Of a DNA stretch of 64,000 nt, positions 62,654-64,000 are shown piece after piece (position 1 is the first letter of the stretch; every line of letters begins with the position of its first letter). Location of the stretch: contig JAPEUD010000018.1 in NCBI GenBank assembly GCA_026026165.1, positions 186,001 through 250,000 of the forward strand, written 5' to 3'. This stretch comes from Sarea resinae (lineage: Eukaryota). The position numbers were made by a program, and so were the translations under genes. Below the pieces are notes generated by a model. That model did not search any database and was not told the origin of the DNA. It was given only the letters and a program-made list of their open reading frames with translations.

Positions 62654-64000
62654 GTCTGGATTATTCTCTCTCTCAAGGATTGACTATTACAGAATTATGT
62701 ATTTTGACGTCGAAGGACGTGAACGAGTGCCCGCTGAAAGAGTGAAGCGGTTGTAGAGGAGCGAGATGAGAAACAATCGCAGCGCTGTGAACGGAACGAA
62801 AGGAGGGAAAGAAGAGAAAAGAGAAGGAGTGAGTAGAAGTAGTAATAGTGAGATGGGGTGGAGGCGTAGTCGAAGACAGAAGAGAACGGCGCCCGTTCGA
62901 TGTCGAGGCAGCATGGCACTAAGCCGGCAACCGTCGTAGTCAGGTCAGGGGTGGGGGGGGGAAATGGTGAAGCCCGGGGAGGATATCCTTCACCAGCTAC
63001 CTACCTCCCTCCCTACCTACCTATCTTTACCTACTAACTCTACTATGAGTAGCTTACCGTGCATCGTCCATACGCCCATATTCACCAGACCAAGATGATG
63101 GATCCAATTGCTGGATCGAATGGCAGCGATGCTCGTAGTACCGTACCTGCATTGCAGCTTGCCTTCGCGTCTGTCATCCGTCGATGGTGACACCCTTGAT
63201 CCAGTCCGACAGACCGCGCATCCGCATATGCGTTCGCGTCCGCAGCAACAACAATGGAGGCTTGAAGACAGCGAGCAAGCATGGGGAGGCAGGCTATGGA
63301 AAGGAGGACACCGCATGAGCATCTTTCCCCAATGGTAGAGGCGTGAGCAGGCCAATCTATTCTCGTAGACTCGACCTAGTTGGGTGGTGAGTGATCGTAT
63401 TAGTAGTGGCTTCCAAGGCTCTCTTCGTGCTGGGATGCACCGAATCAGGGCTCGAACGACTGCCCATGATGATTTGCCTCAGGTCCCACGAAATCTCGTC
63501 GTCGGTCCGTGATATCAGAAGTACTCCGTACATCCAATGGATGGCCCCTTGGCTGTGTGGGAGGCATTGCAGTACTAGCAGTAGGGTTGCAGTGCGGGTG
63601 GACATGGATGGGAAATGAGCACTTCCCGATCGGGACAACGGATATCCGCTTCCCCTGAGAATTGGCTGACCGCTAAGCCGCAAGGAGCCCTAGCCCTTCG
63701 AATCACGAACCTCCATCAGTCGTCACTCTTCATCTCGACCATCTCGACCATCTTCTTCTTATTACGACTCGACTCGACCAACCTTGGAAGACTACTCGGA
63801 CTACTCCTTCTACTGCGCAGTACTAGACTGCGACCAAGACTACCAAGAAGCGGCCAAGCAAAGAAAGGAGTCGGGGACGCGTGCACCTGGACTTCTCTTC
63901 CTCTCCCACGCCTGCTCGGCGTACTACCTAGTACGGTATCTACGGACTACTCCGGAGTATTAATCATCAACGATTCGATACTCTACTGTTTACATCATAT

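Overview
Eukaryotic, intron-containing DNA from a filamentous ascomycete (Pezizomycotina-type introns with CTRAC branch sites; species not determinable). About 20 protein-coding loci, mostly conserved housekeeping genes: CFT1/CPSF160, an LMBR1-family protein, a B-box ANCHR-like protein, an MFS monocarboxylate transporter, a DUF3807-type protein, an ACC-synthase-like PLP aminotransferase, a sarcosine-oxidase-family flavoprotein, a FAS1 protein, SIN3, a MutL homolog, polo kinase, OPA3, a possible SPO16-like protein, myosin I, a Gly/Gln-rich protein and a GH17 glucanase. An accessory-looking block (about 15.4-25.9 kb) holds a head-to-head pair (HeLo-like/kinase-like protein and a broken C2H2-TPR gene) followed by a gene-poor tract. 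Best leads: (1) an unusually long, hairpin-rich 431-nt CFT1 intron that may host a structured RNA and is open in frame; (2) the MLKL-like/TPR divergent pair, whose TPR gene has an out-of-frame junction; (3) a MutL gene whose two introns both need GC donors. No rRNA, tRNA, CRISPR array or intact transposon was recognised. Exon boundaries were derived by eye, and domain names are from memory and need HMM confirmation.
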